Of a stretch of DNA of 64,000 nucleotides, positions 9,527-22,261 are shown one piece after another. The position numbers were made by a program, and so were the translations under genes. The stretch's first letter is position 1; each line of letters opens with the position of its first letter. Origin of the DNA: Nitrospirota bacterium (lineage in GTDB: Bacteria > Nitrospirota > Thermodesulfovibrionia > Thermodesulfovibrionales > Dissulfurispiraceae); contig CAVPZX010000003.1 in assembly GCA_963710375.1 (NCBI GenBank), positions 374,084 through 438,083 on the forward strand. Reading direction: 5' to 3'. The notes under the pieces were generated by a model. The model saw nothing but the letters and a program-made list of their open reading frames with translations. It had not been told where the DNA came from and did not search any database.

Positions 9527-11260
9527 TTACTTCACCGCTTTAAGTTTTCTGGGCGCTTTCTTCTCCTGTTCCTCAAAGAGCATATTATCTATCGAGGCGC
9601 CTGCAGGGACCATCGGGTATACCTTCTCTTTCCAATCAACAACGAAGTCCATGAACACAGGCCTCTTGACTTTGAATGCCTCTTTGAGAACCGGCTCGAC
9701 TTCACCGGGTTTGGTGGCCCGCAGCCCGACTGCTCCATATGCATGAGCAAGTTCAACGAAATCCGGAGTGACGTCAAGATTGGTGTGTGAGTAACGCTCC
9801 TGATAAAAGAGTTCCTGCCACTGCCTCACCATTCCGAGGTAGCGGTTTTTCAGTATGGCAACCTTTACCGGCAGTTTATAAATGACCGCAGTAGCCAATT
9901 CCTGTATATTCATCTGTATGCTCCCGTCACCGGCGATATCAATAACAAGTTTGTCTGGAAAGGCAAGTTGGGCGCCGATGGCGGCAGGTAATCCAAAGCC
10001 CATGGTGCCGAGTCCGCCCGAGGTCAGCAAGCGCCTGGGTTTATCGAACTTGTAAAATTGGGCTGTCCACATCTGGTTTTGTCCGACCTCAGTAGTGATA
10101 ATTGCATCGCCTTTTGTAAGCTCATATATCTTCTCTACAACATATTGTGGTTTGATGACATCTTTAACGAAGTGATAGGAAAGCGGCCTTTCCTTTTTCC
10201 AGACAGCTATCTGCTTCGCCCAGGCTTTTCTGATTTCATCCCAGGGCTCCTTGATATCCTTCTTGAGCACCTTGTTCAAAACGGTCAGCACATTTTTGAC
10301 ATCTCCGACAATGGGGATATCGACCCTTACATTTTTTCTGATGGAAGTTGGATCTATATCGATGTGTATTATCCTGGCATGAGGGGCAAAGTTGTCGATC
10401 TTTCCTGTCACGCGGTCATCGAATCTCATGCCTATGGCTATCAGCAGGTCGGATTCCTGAACAGTCATATTCGCATAATACGTGCCGTGCATGCCCAGCA
10501 TGCCCAGGGAAAGCTCATGCGTGCCTGGAAAACCGCCCAGACCCATAAGAGTCATGGTGACCGGAATATTGGTATATTCTGCAAGCTCCCGCAACTCGTG
10601 CGAGGCTTCGGAGATAATACAGCCGCCGCCGGCGATGATAACCGGTTTCTTTGCTCTGGCTATTTCATGCGCCGCCTTCGCTATCATCCACTGGTTGCCC
10701 TCATAAGTCGGATTATAACTCCGCACGTCTACCTTCTCGGGCCAAATAAATTCCGTTTTATTAGACGTTACATCTTTGGGGAGGTCTATCAGCACAGGGC
10801 CGGGACGTCCGGTTGTTGCTATGTGGAACAACTCTTTTAATTGTGATGCCAGCTCCTTAACATCCTTTGCAAGGATATTGTATTTTGTGCAAGGCCTGGT
10901 TATCCCGATTATATCCGCCTCCTGAAAGGCGTCGTTTCCTATCAGGAGAGTAGGCACTTGACCTGTGAGAACAACAACAGGTATAGAGTCCATGGAGGCG
11001 TTAGCAATGCCGGTGACGGTGTTGGTGGCTCCTGGTCCTGAAGTTACCAGCACGACTCCGGGCTTTCCTGTTGCGCGTGCATATCCGTCAGCAGCATGGA
11101 CCGCTCCCTGCTCATGCCGTGTCAGTATAAGCTTTAAATCCTTGTCATCGTGGAGCAGGTCAAAGATATTTAGGATAACACCTCCCGGGTAGCCAAAAAT
11201 ATGTTTGACGCCAAGTTTCTTAAGGGACTCAAGTATTATTTCAGCACCTGACAATTTCAT
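9527..11260 (-). CDS. ilvB: Acetolactate synthase large subunit
   Basis: [39 protein letters not shown] motif. Confidence 0.97.
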   Translation of the reverse strand: MKLSGAEIILESLKKLGVKHIFGYPGGVILNIFDLLHDDKDLKLILTRHEQGAVHAADGYARATGKPGVVLVTSGPGATNTVTGIANASMDSIPVVVLTGQVPTLLIGNDAFQEADIIGITRPCTKYNILAKDVKELASQLKELFHIATTGRPGPVLIDLPKDVTSNKTEFIWPEKVDVRSYNPTYEGNQWMIAKAAHEIARAKKPVIIAGGGCIISEASHELRELAEYTNIPVTMTLMGLGGFPGTHELSLGMLGMHGTYYANMTVQESDLLIAIGMRFDDRVTGKIDNFAPHARIIHIDIDPTSIRKNVRVDIPIVGDVKNVLTVLNKVLKKDIKEPWDEIRKAWAKQIAVWKKERPLSYHFVKDVIKPQYVVEKIYELTKGDAIITTEVGQNQMWTAQFYKFDKPRRLLTSGGLGTMGFGLPAAIGAQLAFPDKLVIDIAGDGSIQMNIQELATAVIYKLPVKVAILKNRYLGMVRQWQELFYQERYSHTNLDVTPDFVELAHAYGAVGLRATKPGEVEPVLKEAFKVKRPVFMDFVVDWKEKVYPMVPAGASIDNMLFEEQEKKAPRKLKAVK

Positions 11261-11397
11261 TTTATTGCTCCTTGCGTTTTAGACTGCTTGCTGTAACTGA
11301 AGATATAAAATAGCATAATTCCCCAGGCTTTTCCATATTTTAATTATGACATACTCTACCATGACTTTGACAAAACATACCGATTGTGGTTAAATAA

Positions 11398-12042
<645 letters not shown>

Positions 12043-12045
12043 AGT

Positions 12046-12959
12046 ATGACCAAGGACCTGGTCGGAATAAAGGAGATGTCAAAGGAAGACATCGAGCAGG
12101 TGCTGCTCACGGCATCGTCATTCAAAGATGTTTTGAAAAGGGACATCAAGAAAGTGCCTGCCCTCCGTGGAAAAACCGTTGTCAATCTTTTTTTTGAGCC
12201 CTCTACAAGAACTAAAACCTCTTTTGAACTGGCTGAAAAAAGGCTGAGCACCGACGTGCTCAATTTTTCAGTGCCTACGAGCAGCGTTGTTAAGGGCGAG
12301 ACGCTTTACGACACAGTAAAGACTATCGAGGCCTATGGTGTGGATTTCATCGTTATCAGGCATGCTTCAAGCGGTGCCCCGCATTTTATTGCCCGCAACG
12401 TCAGCGCATCGGTGATAAATGCAGGGGATGGTATTAATGAACACCCGACCCAGGCATTGCTCGATGCCTTCAGCATAATAGAAAAGAGGGGAACTCTTGA
12501 CGGTCTTAAAATCGCTATCATCGGAGATATATTTCACAGCAGGGTGGCGAAATCGAACATCTACCTTCTTTCAAAATTCAATACTTCCATCAGGTTGATA
12601 GGTCCTCCTACGCTCATTCCCGATGTGGGGGATTACGGCGTGGAGGTTTTTTTTGACATGGACAAAGGGCTTAAAGATATCGACGTCGTCATGATGCTGA
12701 GAATACAGACGGAAAGGCAGGGTAAAGGTTTTTTTCCGTCCACCAGAGAGTATTCCAAATATTGGGGAATGGACATGAAGCGGCTTAACCTTACCGGAAA
12801 AAATACTATAGTCATGCATCCGGGACCGATGAACAGAGGTATTGAGATAGCTTCCGACGTTGCCGACACTCCCGGTCAGTCGTCCTGGACCAGGTGACCA
12901 ATGGCATTGCGGTCAGAATGGCGGTGATGTACCTGTTGGCGGGAGATGGAAAAAATTAA
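12046..12959 (+). CDS. pyrB: Aspartate carbamoyltransferase catalytic subunit; 1-nt deletion near 12871-12873 (probably sequencing error)
   Basis: [17 protein letters not shown]; conserved C-terminus [22 protein letters not shown] continues in another frame to TAA 12957-12959. Confidence 0.93.
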
Positions 12960-13141
12960 GGGCTTGCGAATAAATAACTTGGGCATTCAGGCGCTCAGAT
13001 TTGGGTCAGATTTGGCTGATCCGATTGAGCAAAACCGCAGGCGTAGCACAGCTACGTCGAGGATTTTTCGATTGAGGATCGGACAAAGATGAACCGTAAA
13101 GCTGAGATGCATCAAGGTGCAAGTCATTTATTCGCAAGCCC
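12960..13141. mobile_element. MITE copy 2 (182 bp) with TAA target duplication
   Basis: TAA|GGGCTTGCGAATAAAT...ATTTATTCGCAAGCCC|TAA. Confidence 0.9.
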
Positions 13142-14441
13142 TAATAATCTGCTTATAAAAGACGGCCACATCATCGACCCCTCACAAGGGATCAATGGTA
13201 TAGGTGATGTCCTAATTAATGGAGGCACTATAGCAGCAATTAACCTCAAGAACGGAAAACATAATGCCGCTTCCGGACTTAAAGGACTCCCGAACCTGCA
13301 GACTATAGATGCGGCCGGACTATATGTGTTTCCCGGTCTTGTTGACATGCATACCCATCTGCGGGAGCCTGGTGGTGAGCATAAAGAGACCATCAGGACC
13401 GGTACTATGGCGGCTGTCAGGGGCGGCTTTACTTCAGTTTGCTCCATGCCGAATACAAACCCGGTTAATGACAACCCTACAGTCACCGTCTTTATCATTA
13501 AAAAGGCAATGAAAGAGGGATTTTGTTCCGTTTATCCCATAGGAGCCATCACGAAAGGACAAAAGGGTGAGGAGCTTGCTGAGATGGGCCTTATGTATGA
13601 TGCCGGATGCAGGGCATTTTCCGATGACGGCAGGCCAGTCATGAGCAGTATTGTAATGCGTAGGGCACTTGAATACTCCAGGACATTCAATGTACCGATC
13701 ATCTCTCACTGCGAGGACCTTACCCTTGCCGACAATGGCGTGATGAACGAGGGTATTCTTTCTACAACCCTCGGACTGAATGGAGTTCCTTCAGCCGCAG
13801 AAGAAGTAATGGTTGCTAGGGATATTATCCTTTCAGAATTAACGGGAGGACGGCTGCACATTGCACATATTTCGACAGAGGGTTCCGTTAGACTTATACG
13901 GCAGGCAAAACAGCACGGAATACAAGTCACTGCAGAAACATGCCCGCACTACTTTAGTATAACCGAAGACGCGGTCAAGGGATATAATACAAATGCGAAG
14001 GTAAACCCTCCTTTGCGGGCTGAGAAAGACATCGAGGCAATAAAGGGGGGACTACAAGACGGGACGATTGATGTGATTGCTACTGATCATGCGCCCCACC
14101 ACCGTGATGAAAAGCTTCAGGAATTTGACAAGGCGCCATCAGGCATCTCAGGCCTGGAAAGCGCCCTAAGCCTGGGACTGAGACTGGTCGAAGACGGCGT
14201 TTTAACTCTCGCTGCCCTTGCGGAAAAAATGGCGTTTAATCCTGCACGAATTATCGGCATTGACAAGGGCACACTTAGGCCGGGTTCGGATGCTGATGTC
14301 ACAATAATAGATTGCAAGAAAGAAGTGATTATATACGCAGATGCTTTTGCATCAATGGGAAAGAATACACCTTTCGATAATTGGCAGATGAAGGGGATGC
14401 CTGTAATTACAATAGTTAGAGGAAGTGTCTACAAATTCTAA
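13089..14441 (+). CDS. pyrC: Dihydroorotase; present start lies inside the MITE, ancestral start probably ATG 12946
   Basis: [40 protein letters not shown]. Confidence 0.95.
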   Translation: MNRKAEMHQGASHLFASPNNLLIKDGHIIDPSQGINGIGDVLINGGTIAAINLKNGKHNAASGLKGLPNLQTIDAAGLYVFPGLVDMHTHLREPGGEHKETIRTGTMAAVRGGFTSVCSMPNTNPVNDNPTVTVFIIKKAMKEGFCSVYPIGAITKGQKGEELAEMGLMYDAGCRAFSDDGRPVMSSIVMRRALEYSRTFNVPIISHCEDLTLADNGVMNEGILSTTLGLNGVPSAAEEVMVARDIILSELTGGRLHIAHISTEGSVRLIRQAKQHGIQVTAETCPHYFSITEDAVKGYNTNAKVNPPLRAEKDIEAIKGGLQDGTIDVIATDHAPHHRDEKLQEFDKAPSGISGLESALSLGLRLVEDGVLTLAALAEKMAFNPARIIGIDKGTLRPGSDADVTIIDCKKEVIIYADAFASMGKNTPFDNWQMKGMPVITIVRGSVYKF

Positions 14442-14454
14442 ATTTGGAGATTTT

Positions 14455-15573
14455 ATGAATAAGGCATTGCTCGTATTGGCAGATGGGACGGTTTTTGAAG
14501 GCAAAGGGTTCGGAGCACCGGGCGAGACCATCGGTGAAGTCGTTTTCAATACGTCCATGACCGGCTACCAGGAAATTCTCACAGACGCGTCCTATAAAGG
14601 GCAGATCGTTACCATGACGTACAGCCAGATGGGCAATTACGGGATAAACAAAGAGGATGTGGAATCGGCAGGGGGACCGAAAGTGGAGGGCTTTATCGTA
14701 AAGGAATACCTCGACTTCCCTAGCAACTGGCGCTCCGAACTTTCGCTGGGTCGCTATCTTCAGGACAACAATATCACCTGCATTGAAGGCATCGATACAA
14801 GGGCACTTACGCGTCATTTGAGAAATCACGGTGCGCAAATGGGAATAATTTCGACTCTCGATATCGATCCGGACAGCCTGCACGGAAAAGTGAAGGCGCA
14901 CCCTGGAATATCTGTATTTGATTATGTTTCGGATGTTACAGCAAAAGTCCCGTATACCTGGACTGCAGGGTGCTGGAAGTGGCGCACTGCCGAAAAACAG
15001 TCACCCCCCTCATTAAAAGCGGTAGTTTATGATTTCGGCATTAAATTTAATATCTTAAGGAATCTTGTTGATGCGGGTTTTAAGGTTGCGGTGGTGCCTG
15101 CCCGTACACCTGCAGAAGCAGTTCTCGAAATGGCCCCTGACGGTATTATACTCAGCAACGGCCCGGGAGATCCCGAAACCGTTACATATGCTATCGAAAA
15201 TGTGAGAAAATTGATGGGGGAAAAGCCCATATTCGGCATCTGCCTGGGCCACCAGATACTCGGCCTGGCAATGGGCGGCACGACATACAAACTCAAGTTC
15301 GGCCACCATGGAGGCAACCATCCTGTAAAAGATCTTGAGACTGGAAGGGTCGAAATAACATCTCAGAACCACAACTATTGCGTTGATATCCATAGCCTGC
15401 GCGGCAAGACAAGACTCACCCACAGGAATCTCTACGACGGGACGGAAGAAGGCATGCGTCATGTTGAACTGCCCATTATCTCTGTCCAGCACCATCCTGA
15501 GGCAGGTCCTGGACCGAATGATTCCGCTCATCTGTTCAAGAGATTCAGGGAAATGGTAATAGGTGATAGGTAA
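14455..15573 (+). CDS. carA: Carbamoyl-phosphate synthase small subunit
   Basis: [41 protein letters not shown]. Confidence 0.97.
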   Translation: MNKALLVLADGTVFEGKGFGAPGETIGEVVFNTSMTGYQEILTDASYKGQIVTMTYSQMGNYGINKEDVESAGGPKVEGFIVKEYLDFPSNWRSELSLGRYLQDNNITCIEGIDTRALTRHLRNHGAQMGIISTLDIDPDSLHGKVKAHPGISVFDYVSDVTAKVPYTWTAGCWKWRTAEKQSPPSLKAVVYDFGIKFNILRNLVDAGFKVAVVPARTPAEAVLEMAPDGIILSNGPGDPETVTYAIENVRKLMGEKPIFGICLGHQILGLAMGGTTYKLKFGHHGGNHPVKDLETGRVEITSQNHNYCVDIHSLRGKTRLTHRNLYDGTEEGMRHVELPIISVQHHPEAGPGPNDSAHLFKRFREMVIGDR

Positions 15574-15626
15574 AAGATTGAAGATGAGAAGCTGTGAAGT
15601 TGAGCGTAAAACAGATTCTCATCTTC
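15555..15626. repeat. Heptamer (TAGGTRA) and octamer (GAAGNTGW) repeat patch overlapping the carA stop
   Basis: gtaataggtgataggtaa...gaagatgagaagctgtgaagttgag...ttctcatcttc. Confidence 0.55.
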
Positions 15627-15646
15627 GAGGATTTCGTCTATAAGCT

Positions 15647-16246
15647 ATGACATATGCATTTGATATAAACGATAAGGTGCTTGCCTTCAGGACTGCGTCG
15701 TTCAGAGCGGAAAAAGGCAGTATGCTGCACAGCGGTATTTATAACCGTGAGACGGCTTCCACCTTTGCCGCCGGAGCATGCATAATGCTGCTGGGATTTT
15801 TTTTTGCTTCCAGGCCGCCCCTGTCCACTATTTCCTTTATAGCTGTATTGCCGCTGTTTCTGCTGCTTTTTCTTTTTTTTAGGACCTTTGTTTTCATTGA
15901 AACGTTTTTGCAGGTTGTCATAGACAAAGAAAATAATGTTATTGCCATTATGCGCAAGGGGTTTCTCCGAAAAGGAAAACAGTTATTTCCCATTACTGAG
16001 CTTGATGGAATAAGGGAAGATTATAAAGCAGTTGCTCCGGAAAATCCCGATGGAACAAAAATTGTCGAGAAGATAGCGCTCCAGCATGGCGCTGTTATTC
16101 CCGGTTTCGGTGCCGCCGTAGAATTTTACACTGTTGAATTTGAATTCAAAGATGCGGGAAGAATAATGGTTTTCTCTTCCGGAGACTATTCCGAAGCCGA
16201 TAATGTAGCAAGAACTTTTAAAAATTTTATTTTTATAGAGAGGTAA
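15647..16246 (+). CDS. Hypothetical 2-TM membrane protein between carA and carB
   Basis: 199 aa ORF, co-oriented, 2 nt from carB start, two hydrophobic segments. Confidence 0.75.
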   Translation: MTYAFDINDKVLAFRTASFRAEKGSMLHSGIYNRETASTFAAGACIMLLGFFFASRPPLSTISFIAVLPLFLLLFLFFRTFVFIETFLQVVIDKENNVIAIMRKGFLRKGKQLFPITELDGIREDYKAVAPENPDGTKIVEKIALQHGAVIPGFGAAVEFYTVEFEFKDAGRIMVFSSGDYSEADNVARTFKNFIFIER

Positions 16247-16248
16247 TA

Positions 16249-19200
16249 ATGCCCAAGCGGACGGATATCAGGAAGATACTTTTGATCGGATCAGGTCCTA
16301 TTGTGATTGGCCAGGCATGTGAGTTCGATTATTCGGGGACGCAGGCATGCAAGGCCCTTCGTGAAGAGGGATACACGGTGGTACTGGTTAATTCCAACCC
16401 TGCAACGATAATGACCGACCCCGAGACAGCTGACGCTATTTATATTGAACCCCTCTCGGTTGAGTTTGTTGAGCTGATCATCAAAAAAGAGAGACCCGAT
16501 GCAATATTGCCGACCATGGGCGGGCAGACTGCCCTCAATCTTGCAGTGGAACTTTCTGATTCAGGTGTGCTGGACCGCTACAATGTGGAACTGATAGGCG
16601 CCAAACTGCATGCAATCAAGAAAGCTGAAGACAGGGAATTGTTTAAGAAGGCGATGCGGAACATCGGGTTGGAAGTCCCTAAGAGTGCAGCAATAACAAC
16701 CATCCAGGACGGGCTTGATATTATAGAGCATCTTGGTTTCCCGGTCATCCTCAGGCCGGCATTTACACTCGGAGGTACTGGAGGAGGGATCGCATATAAC
16801 ATTGAAGAATATCGTGAACTCCTTGAGAGGGGGCTGAAGCTCAGCCCGGTCAGCCAGGTGCTTGTCGAGGAGTCTGTGATCGGGTGGAAGGAGTATGAAC
16901 TTGAAGTGATGCGGGACAAGAAAGACAACGTCGTCATCGTCTGCTCCATCGAAAACTTCGATCCTATGGGTGTTCATACCGGCGACTCAATTACAGTGGC
17001 GCCTGCACAGACACTCTCTGATAAGGAATACCAGAGAATGAGAGACGCCGCTATAGCGGTGATACGGGAAATCGGCGTCGATACAGGCGGATCAAACATT
17101 CAATTTGCTCTGGACCCACGGAACGGGAGGATGGTGCTTGTAGAGATGAACCCGAGGGTATCGAGGAGTTCAGCGCTTGCCAGTAAGGCAACAGGTTTCC
17201 CTATTGCAAAAATTGCAGCCAAGCTTGCGGTCGGATACTCCCTTGATGAGATAAAAAATGACATTACACGGGAAACCCCTGCGTCCTTTGAACCTGCCAT
17301 CGATTATGTTGTGACAAAAATTCCGCGATTCACTTTTGAGAAGTTTCCCGATGCGGATGCAACTCTCACCACTCAAATGAAATCGGTCGGTGAGGTAATG
17401 TCTATTGGCAGAACTTTCAAGGAATCTCTGCAAAAAGCACTCAGAAGTCTCGAAATAGATTGCTCAGGTTTTGAGCCGAGGGACGACAATTCAGTCGAAG
17501 AGATAAGAGCAAAACTAAAAACTCCCAATGCCGAGAGGATATGGTACATATCGCAGGCACTCAGACAGGGCATTTCCATCGAAGAGGTTTACGCGCTTAC
17601 CGGGGTGGATCCCTGGTTTTTGAACAATATAATGCAGATTATTGAGATGGAAGAGAGGATCGACTCAGAAGCTCGAAAACCGTTGAGCCCGGAAGAGAAA
17701 TATGCTGTCCTGAGACAGGCAAAGGAGTTTGGTTTTTCTGATAAACGTATTGCTGCATTGACAGGTGATACCGAAAAAAACATCAGGGACTTCAGGAGAA
17801 AGAACGGGCTAAAGCCGGTCTATAAGCTTGTTGACACCTGTGCAGCAGAGTTTGAGGCCTATACTCCGTACCTGTATTCGACCTATGAGAAACCGTTTTA
17901 TAGGATCGGGTGTTCCGGAGTTGTCGAATGCGAAGCAAACCCGACCGACAGAAAAAAAGTCATTATTCTGGGTTCAGGGCCGAACAGGATAGGCCAGGGT
18001 ATAGAGTTTGATTATTGTTGCGTCCATGCAGTATTTGCCCTCCGGGAACTGGGTTATGAGACTATCATGGTCAATTGCAATCCCGAAACGGTCAGTACCG
18101 ATTACGATACTGCCGACCGTCTTTACTTCGAACCGTTGACCATTGAGGATGTCCTTAATATCATAGAGATCGAGAAGCCAGAGGGTGTTATTGTTCAGTT
18201 CGGCGGACAGACACCGCTGAAACTTGCGGTGCCCCTTGACAATGAGGGAGTAAAGATACTGGGGACGTCTCCTTATTCCATTGACAGGGCCGAAGACAGG
18301 AGAAAGTTCAAGACACTGCTGCATAAACTGGAGCTTAAACAGGCTGAAAGCGATACTGCTATGTCTATTGACGAGGCTATTGCAGTGGCAGCCAAGATAG
18401 GATATCCGGTCATGGTGAGACCCTCATACGTGTTGGGCGGACGCGCAATGGAGATAGTTTATGACAAAGACTCTATGACTGACTATATGAGAAAGGCAGT
18501 TAAGGCGTCGCCGGAACACCCGATTCTGATAGACAAATACCTCGAAGATGCCATTGAAGTGGATGTGGATGCCATCGCAGACGGCTTCGACGTTGTTATT
18601 GGCGGTGTTATGGAGCATATCGAGGAGGCTGGTATCCATTCCGGCGATTCCGCCTGTTCAATTCCTCCTTACTCATTGCCCCCGCTTATTGTCGGAGAGA
18701 TCAGGAAACAGACAAAAGCACTGGCAAGGGAACTCGACGTAAAGGGGCTGATGAACGTACAGTTTGCGGTCAAGGATGGTGAAATATTTGTTCTGGAAGT
18801 CAACCCAAGGGGATCACGAACAATCCCTTATGTGAGTAAGGCCACCGGAGTTCCTCTGGCAAAACTTGCTGCCAAAGTCATGCTCGGCAAAACCCTGAAG
18901 GAACTGGGCCTGACAAAAGAAAAAGAATTGACGTATGTTGCGGTGAAAGAGGCGGTCTTCCCTTTTGACCGCTTCCCCGGAGTTGATACCATACTGGGCC
19001 CCGAAATGAAATCGACCGGAGAAGTAATGGGCATTGATGAAGATTTCGGTCTGGCATATGCAAAGGCGCAGGCGGCAAGCTACAACAGGATCCCGACTTC
19101 GGGAAAGATTATTCTCAGTGTAAAAGATAAAGACAAACCCCATACGGTCGAGATCGCAAGAAAATTGGTCGATATGGGGTTCAGACTTATCGCCACCAGA

Positions 19201-19503
19201 GGGACCGCTCAGTTCCTCAAACAAAACGGCATAGAGACGGAAGTCATTAATAAAGTGACGGAAGGTCGCCCTCACATAGTGGACCTTATCAAGAACAGAG
19301 AGGTGAACTTTATAATAAATACGGTAACCGGAACGCAGGCGCAGAGGGATTCTCTTTCCATAAGAAGAAGTGCCCTGCAATTTAAGGTCCCATTAACGAC
19401 AACCATATCAGGTGCACGGGCGGTAGTAAAAGCGATTGAAATGCTTCAAAAGAAAGAAGTGAGCATCAAGTCGATTCAGGAATACCATAAAAGCGTGGCT
19501 TAG
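16249..19503 (+). CDS. carB: Carbamoyl-phosphate synthase large subunit
   Basis: [24 protein letters not shown]; duplicated ATP-grasp halves; MGS-like C-terminus. Confidence 0.98.
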   Translation: MPKRTDIRKILLIGSGPIVIGQACEFDYSGTQACKALREEGYTVVLVNSNPATIMTDPETADAIYIEPLSVEFVELIIKKERPDAILPTMGGQTALNLAVELSDSGVLDRYNVELIGAKLHAIKKAEDRELFKKAMRNIGLEVPKSAAITTIQDGLDIIEHLGFPVILRPAFTLGGTGGGIAYNIEEYRELLERGLKLSPVSQVLVEESVIGWKEYELEVMRDKKDNVVIVCSIENFDPMGVHTGDSITVAPAQTLSDKEYQRMRDAAIAVIREIGVDTGGSNIQFALDPRNGRMVLVEMNPRVSRSSALASKATGFPIAKIAAKLAVGYSLDEIKNDITRETPASFEPAIDYVVTKIPRFTFEKFPDADATLTTQMKSVGEVMSIGRTFKESLQKALRSLEIDCSGFEPRDDNSVEEIRAKLKTPNAERIWYISQALRQGISIEEVYALTGVDPWFLNNIMQIIEMEERIDSEARKPLSPEEKYAVLRQAKEFGFSDKRIAALTGDTEKNIRDFRRKNGLKPVYKLVDTCAAEFEAYTPYLYSTYEKPFYRIGCSGVVECEANPTDRKKVIILGSGPNRIGQGIEFDYCCVHAVFALRELGYETIMVNCNPETVSTDYDTADRLYFEPLTIEDVLNIIEIEKPEGVIVQFGGQTPLKLAVPLDNEGVKILGTSPYSIDRAEDRRKFKTLLHKLELKQAESDTAMSIDEAIAVAAKIGYPVMVRPSYVLGGRAMEIVYDKDSMTDYMRKAVKASPEHPILIDKYLEDAIEVDVDAIADGFDVVIGGVMEHIEEAGIHSGDSACSIPPYSLPPLIVGEIRKQTKALARELDVKGLMNVQFAVKDGEIFVLEVNPRGSRTIPYVSKATGVPLAKLAAKVMLGKTLKELGLTKEKELTYVAVKEAVFPFDRFPGVDTILGPEMKSTGEVMGIDEDFGLAYAKAQAASYNRIPTSGKIILSVKDKDKPHTVEIARKLVDMGFRLIATRGTAQFLKQNGIETEVINKVTEGRPHIVDLIKNREVNFIINTVTGTQAQRDSLSIRRSALQFKVPLTTTISGARAVVKAIEMLQKKEVSIKSIQEYHKSVA

Positions 19504-19588
19504 GACTCAGATGATTCAGATCAAAAACAAACTAACCAACTCCATGAATTTGACTTGCCTTTTCTTTTCTGATATTCTCATTTGGACA

Positions 19589-20368
19589 ATGAGAATATGG
19601 ATTGTCTTTGTTATTTTGATTATACCCGTTACATCCGTATTTGCCTTTGACACAGAAGGGTTGCGGCCGCTCCCTCCTTACGGTGTGTTTTCCACATTCA
19701 GCGCAGAAAGCCTTCAACAAAACAGTGTAGGGATAGACCTTAGTTTGGAAAAATCTTCACGGCCGAATTTTTATCGCTCAACGCTCCAGCTCGCCTATGG
19801 ACTCCATGACCGGTTTGAAATAGATGTGACGCTTCCCTATGACGACAATACTCAAAGACAAATTAGCGGATTGGAAGACGCTAACTTCGGGATAAAACAC
19901 AGGGTTCTGGATGAGGGGAAGTATTACCCGGCAATTGCTTATATGCTCACGGTTGCCACACCCTCCGGCGCTAAGCAGTATACTACCAACGGGGAGGATG
20001 GGGCTGGGTTGGTGTTTACCAAGAAGATAGGTCCTTTCAAAGAGCATCTGAATATATTGTATGAGAGACCCGGGAACTCCGCCTTGCACTACCAATATAA
20101 TTTAAACTGGGGAAGCGAGCTGGCAATTACCCATGATTCGAATATCCTTGCCGAACTGGTGGGAAGAAAAGATTACTTTCAAAATAAAATTGATCTCCTG
20201 GAATGGAGAGTGGGATACAGGATTGCCACTCTTGAGAACCTCTATACGACACTGGGTGCGGGTTTTAACATAGAAAGACGCACCCCCGATTACCGCCTGT
20301 TGTTTTCAATAAGCCTTATTTTGCCTCAACATAAGAAAAAACTTGAAAAAATCTATGAAGAGCAATAA
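19589..20368 (+). CDS. Putative outer-membrane beta-barrel (MetA-pathway/'transporter'-like) protein
   Basis: Signal peptide from ATG 19589; alternating amphipathic strands; TTGACT-17-TATTCT promoter at 19550-19578. Confidence 0.6.
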   Translation: MRIWIVFVILIIPVTSVFAFDTEGLRPLPPYGVFSTFSAESLQQNSVGIDLSLEKSSRPNFYRSTLQLAYGLHDRFEIDVTLPYDDNTQRQISGLEDANFGIKHRVLDEGKYYPAIAYMLTVATPSGAKQYTTNGEDGAGLVFTKKIGPFKEHLNILYERPGNSALHYQYNLNWGSELAITHDSNILAELVGRKDYFQNKIDLLEWRVGYRIATLENLYTTLGAGFNIERRTPDYRLLFSISLILPQHKKKLEKIYEEQ

Positions 20369-20419
20369 TAAGGGTCTGTTATTTATTCGCGGACCCTGGT
20401 ATGTGGTATACTACGTATC

Positions 20420-20731
20420 ATGTTTAATTTGACATTACCCGAGCTTGTCGTAATTTTTGTAGTAGCACTGATAGTCTTTGGCCCGAATAAGCTTCCTGAG
20501 ATCGGCAGGGCACTCGGTAAAGGAATAGGTGAACTTAAAAGGGCGCTTGATGGAGTCAAAGAGCAGGTGGATTCGGAAATTCACAACATAAACCAGCCGG
20601 ATTCTGGAGAGAGACAATCCCAGGGAGGCAATGCCGATCAAACGCTTGAGCATAAATCCACTGAAAAAATTGATGCTCCTGATTCAAATACCGCCGAACA
20701 GCACGATACTTCAACTAAAGATCATGCCTGA
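20420..20731 (+). CDS. tatA: Twin-arginine translocase TatA/TatB subunit
   Basis: ELVVIFVVALIVFGPNKLPEIGRALGKGIGELK. Confidence 0.9.
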   Translation: MFNLTLPELVVIFVVALIVFGPNKLPEIGRALGKGIGELKRALDGVKEQVDSEIHNINQPDSGERQSQGGNADQTLEHKSTEKIDAPDSNTAEQHDTSTKDHA

Positions 20732-20755
20732 TTTATCATAGCCGGGAGAATCTGG

Positions 20756-21544
20756 ATGGCAAACTATACGATGCCACTTACGGCCCACCTTGGCGAACTC
20801 AGGAAACGCATTATCATATCACTTATTGCAGTGACTGTGACCTTCGTTATTGCCTTTAATTATTCCGAGGATATTTTCCGGTTTATAATGTTTCCCCTCA
20901 AATACAGCCTGGATTTTTCCGTAAAGAAATTGTTTTTCCACTTTGTGCCCCAGGATAAACTTCATAATACAAAACTGGTGTTCCTCGCACCGGCCGAGGC
21001 TTTCTGGATGAACCTGAAAGTCGCTTTTGTAGCAGGGTTTATGTTGGCCTTGCCGGTAATTTTTCACCAGCTTTGGCTATTTATATCTCCCGGACTTCTT
21101 TCAAAAGAAAAAAAATATGTTCTCCCATTTATTTTGATTGCCACAGTCCTTTTCATTGCAGGGGCGTCCTTCTGTTTCTTTATAGTAATGCCTTTTGCGA
21201 TGGGTTTTCTTCTTACGTATAAAGTGGGGGATTTTCTTATGCCCATGCTTTCTGTGGGGCAGTACGTGGATTTCTGCCTTAAGTTCATTCTCGCTTTCGG
21301 CGTCATATTCGAACTTCCAATCGCCATAATTTTCCTTACAAAAATGGGCATCGTCACTCCTAAGGGACTTGCTAGAAACAGGAAGTATGCTGTTTTGTTG
21401 GCTTTTATTGCCGGCGCAATCCTTACGCCGACGCCTGATGCTTTTAACCAGACACTTATGGCTGTCCCTATAATTTTGCTTTATGAAGTGGGTATCTGGA
21501 TATCGCCGCTCTTTGTTAAAAAGAACGGAACTGCCGAAACTTAA
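20756..21544 (+). CDS. tatC: Twin-arginine translocase TatC
   Basis: MPLTAHLGELRKRI, QLWLFISPGL, FELP, TPTPD. Confidence 0.96.
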   Translation: MANYTMPLTAHLGELRKRIIISLIAVTVTFVIAFNYSEDIFRFIMFPLKYSLDFSVKKLFFHFVPQDKLHNTKLVFLAPAEAFWMNLKVAFVAGFMLALPVIFHQLWLFISPGLLSKEKKYVLPFILIATVLFIAGASFCFFIVMPFAMGFLLTYKVGDFLMPMLSVGQYVDFCLKFILAFGVIFELPIAIIFLTKMGIVTPKGLARNRKYAVLLAFIAGAILTPTPDAFNQTLMAVPIILLYEVGIWISPLFVKKNGTAET

Positions 21545-21569
21545 GCCTAATTATTGAAGAGCCAGAGAC

Positions 21570-21848
21570 ATGGCAGATCATGGTACAAAAAATTTCAAGG
21601 CGATCGCGACGGATATTGCAGAAGGATATGTATCGTTAAACCCGCTTTATTTAAAGCCGTTCAATGAGGTGTCCCTAAAATCTCTCTACTCGATAGTTAT
21701 GAAAGTGCAAGCCGGAATCCGCGACGAGCCTTTCCCTTATCGCGAAATTGAGCTCATAAGAAAACGGAACCTGAAGCTCCAGAGACTCTATACAGCACTT
21801 ATCGTCATAAAAAATACGGCTCGTGAGAGAAAATACAAGTTTTTATAA
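21570..21848 (+). CDS. Hypothetical protein (92 aa)
   Basis: Co-oriented ORF filling the gap, GAGA-type RBS. Confidence 0.65.
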   Translation: MADHGTKNFKAIATDIAEGYVSLNPLYLKPFNEVSLKSLYSIVMKVQAGIRDEPFPYREIELIRKRNLKLQRLYTALIVIKNTARERKYKFL

Positions 21849-21919
21849 CACAGGTCATAGTTGATTATCTTCATAACACTGTGGTAAAAATTGAAGTAGG
21901 AGAATAAGATAACTAAGAA

Positions 21920-22261
21920 ATGGCAATCATTCCTACAAACAAGTTAACGCCCGGCATGGTTTTAAAGAGTGCTGTTTATGACATAACTGGCCGGCTGCTG
22001 TTAGGCGAAGGGGCAGAAATATGTTGGAAACACATAACCATCTTTAAAACTTGGGGTATTACTGAAGTTGAAATAGAGGGAGATGTCGATGGCGATGCTG
22101 TTGAAGACGCCGTGATTCAGGCTGACGAGGAAACTCTTTACATGGTAAGGAAAGAGCTGGAGGAACTATTCTCCTTTACCGACTTAAACAATTCACCGGT
22201 TACTAAAGAGATATTTCGTCTGAGTGTAAAATATAAAATAGACAGACTACATGGTGTCTGA
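21920..22261 (+). CDS. Small protein resembling the N-terminal module of HD-GYP/HDOD proteins
   Basis: LTPGMVL..VYD..GRLLL..G motif; TGATG coupling to HDOD gene. Confidence 0.7.
   Translation: MAIIPTNKLTPGMVLKSAVYDITGRLLLGEGAEICWKHITIFKTWGITEVEIEGDVDGDAVEDAVIQADEETLYMVRKELEELFSFTDLNNSPVTKEIFRLSVKYKIDRLHGV

Noticed and set aside
12871..12897. Selenocysteine readthrough or a true pyrB pseudogene
   Set aside because: The conserved C-terminus is in another frame, so readthrough cannot restore it; the rest of the operon is intact, favouring a one-base error at CCCGG.
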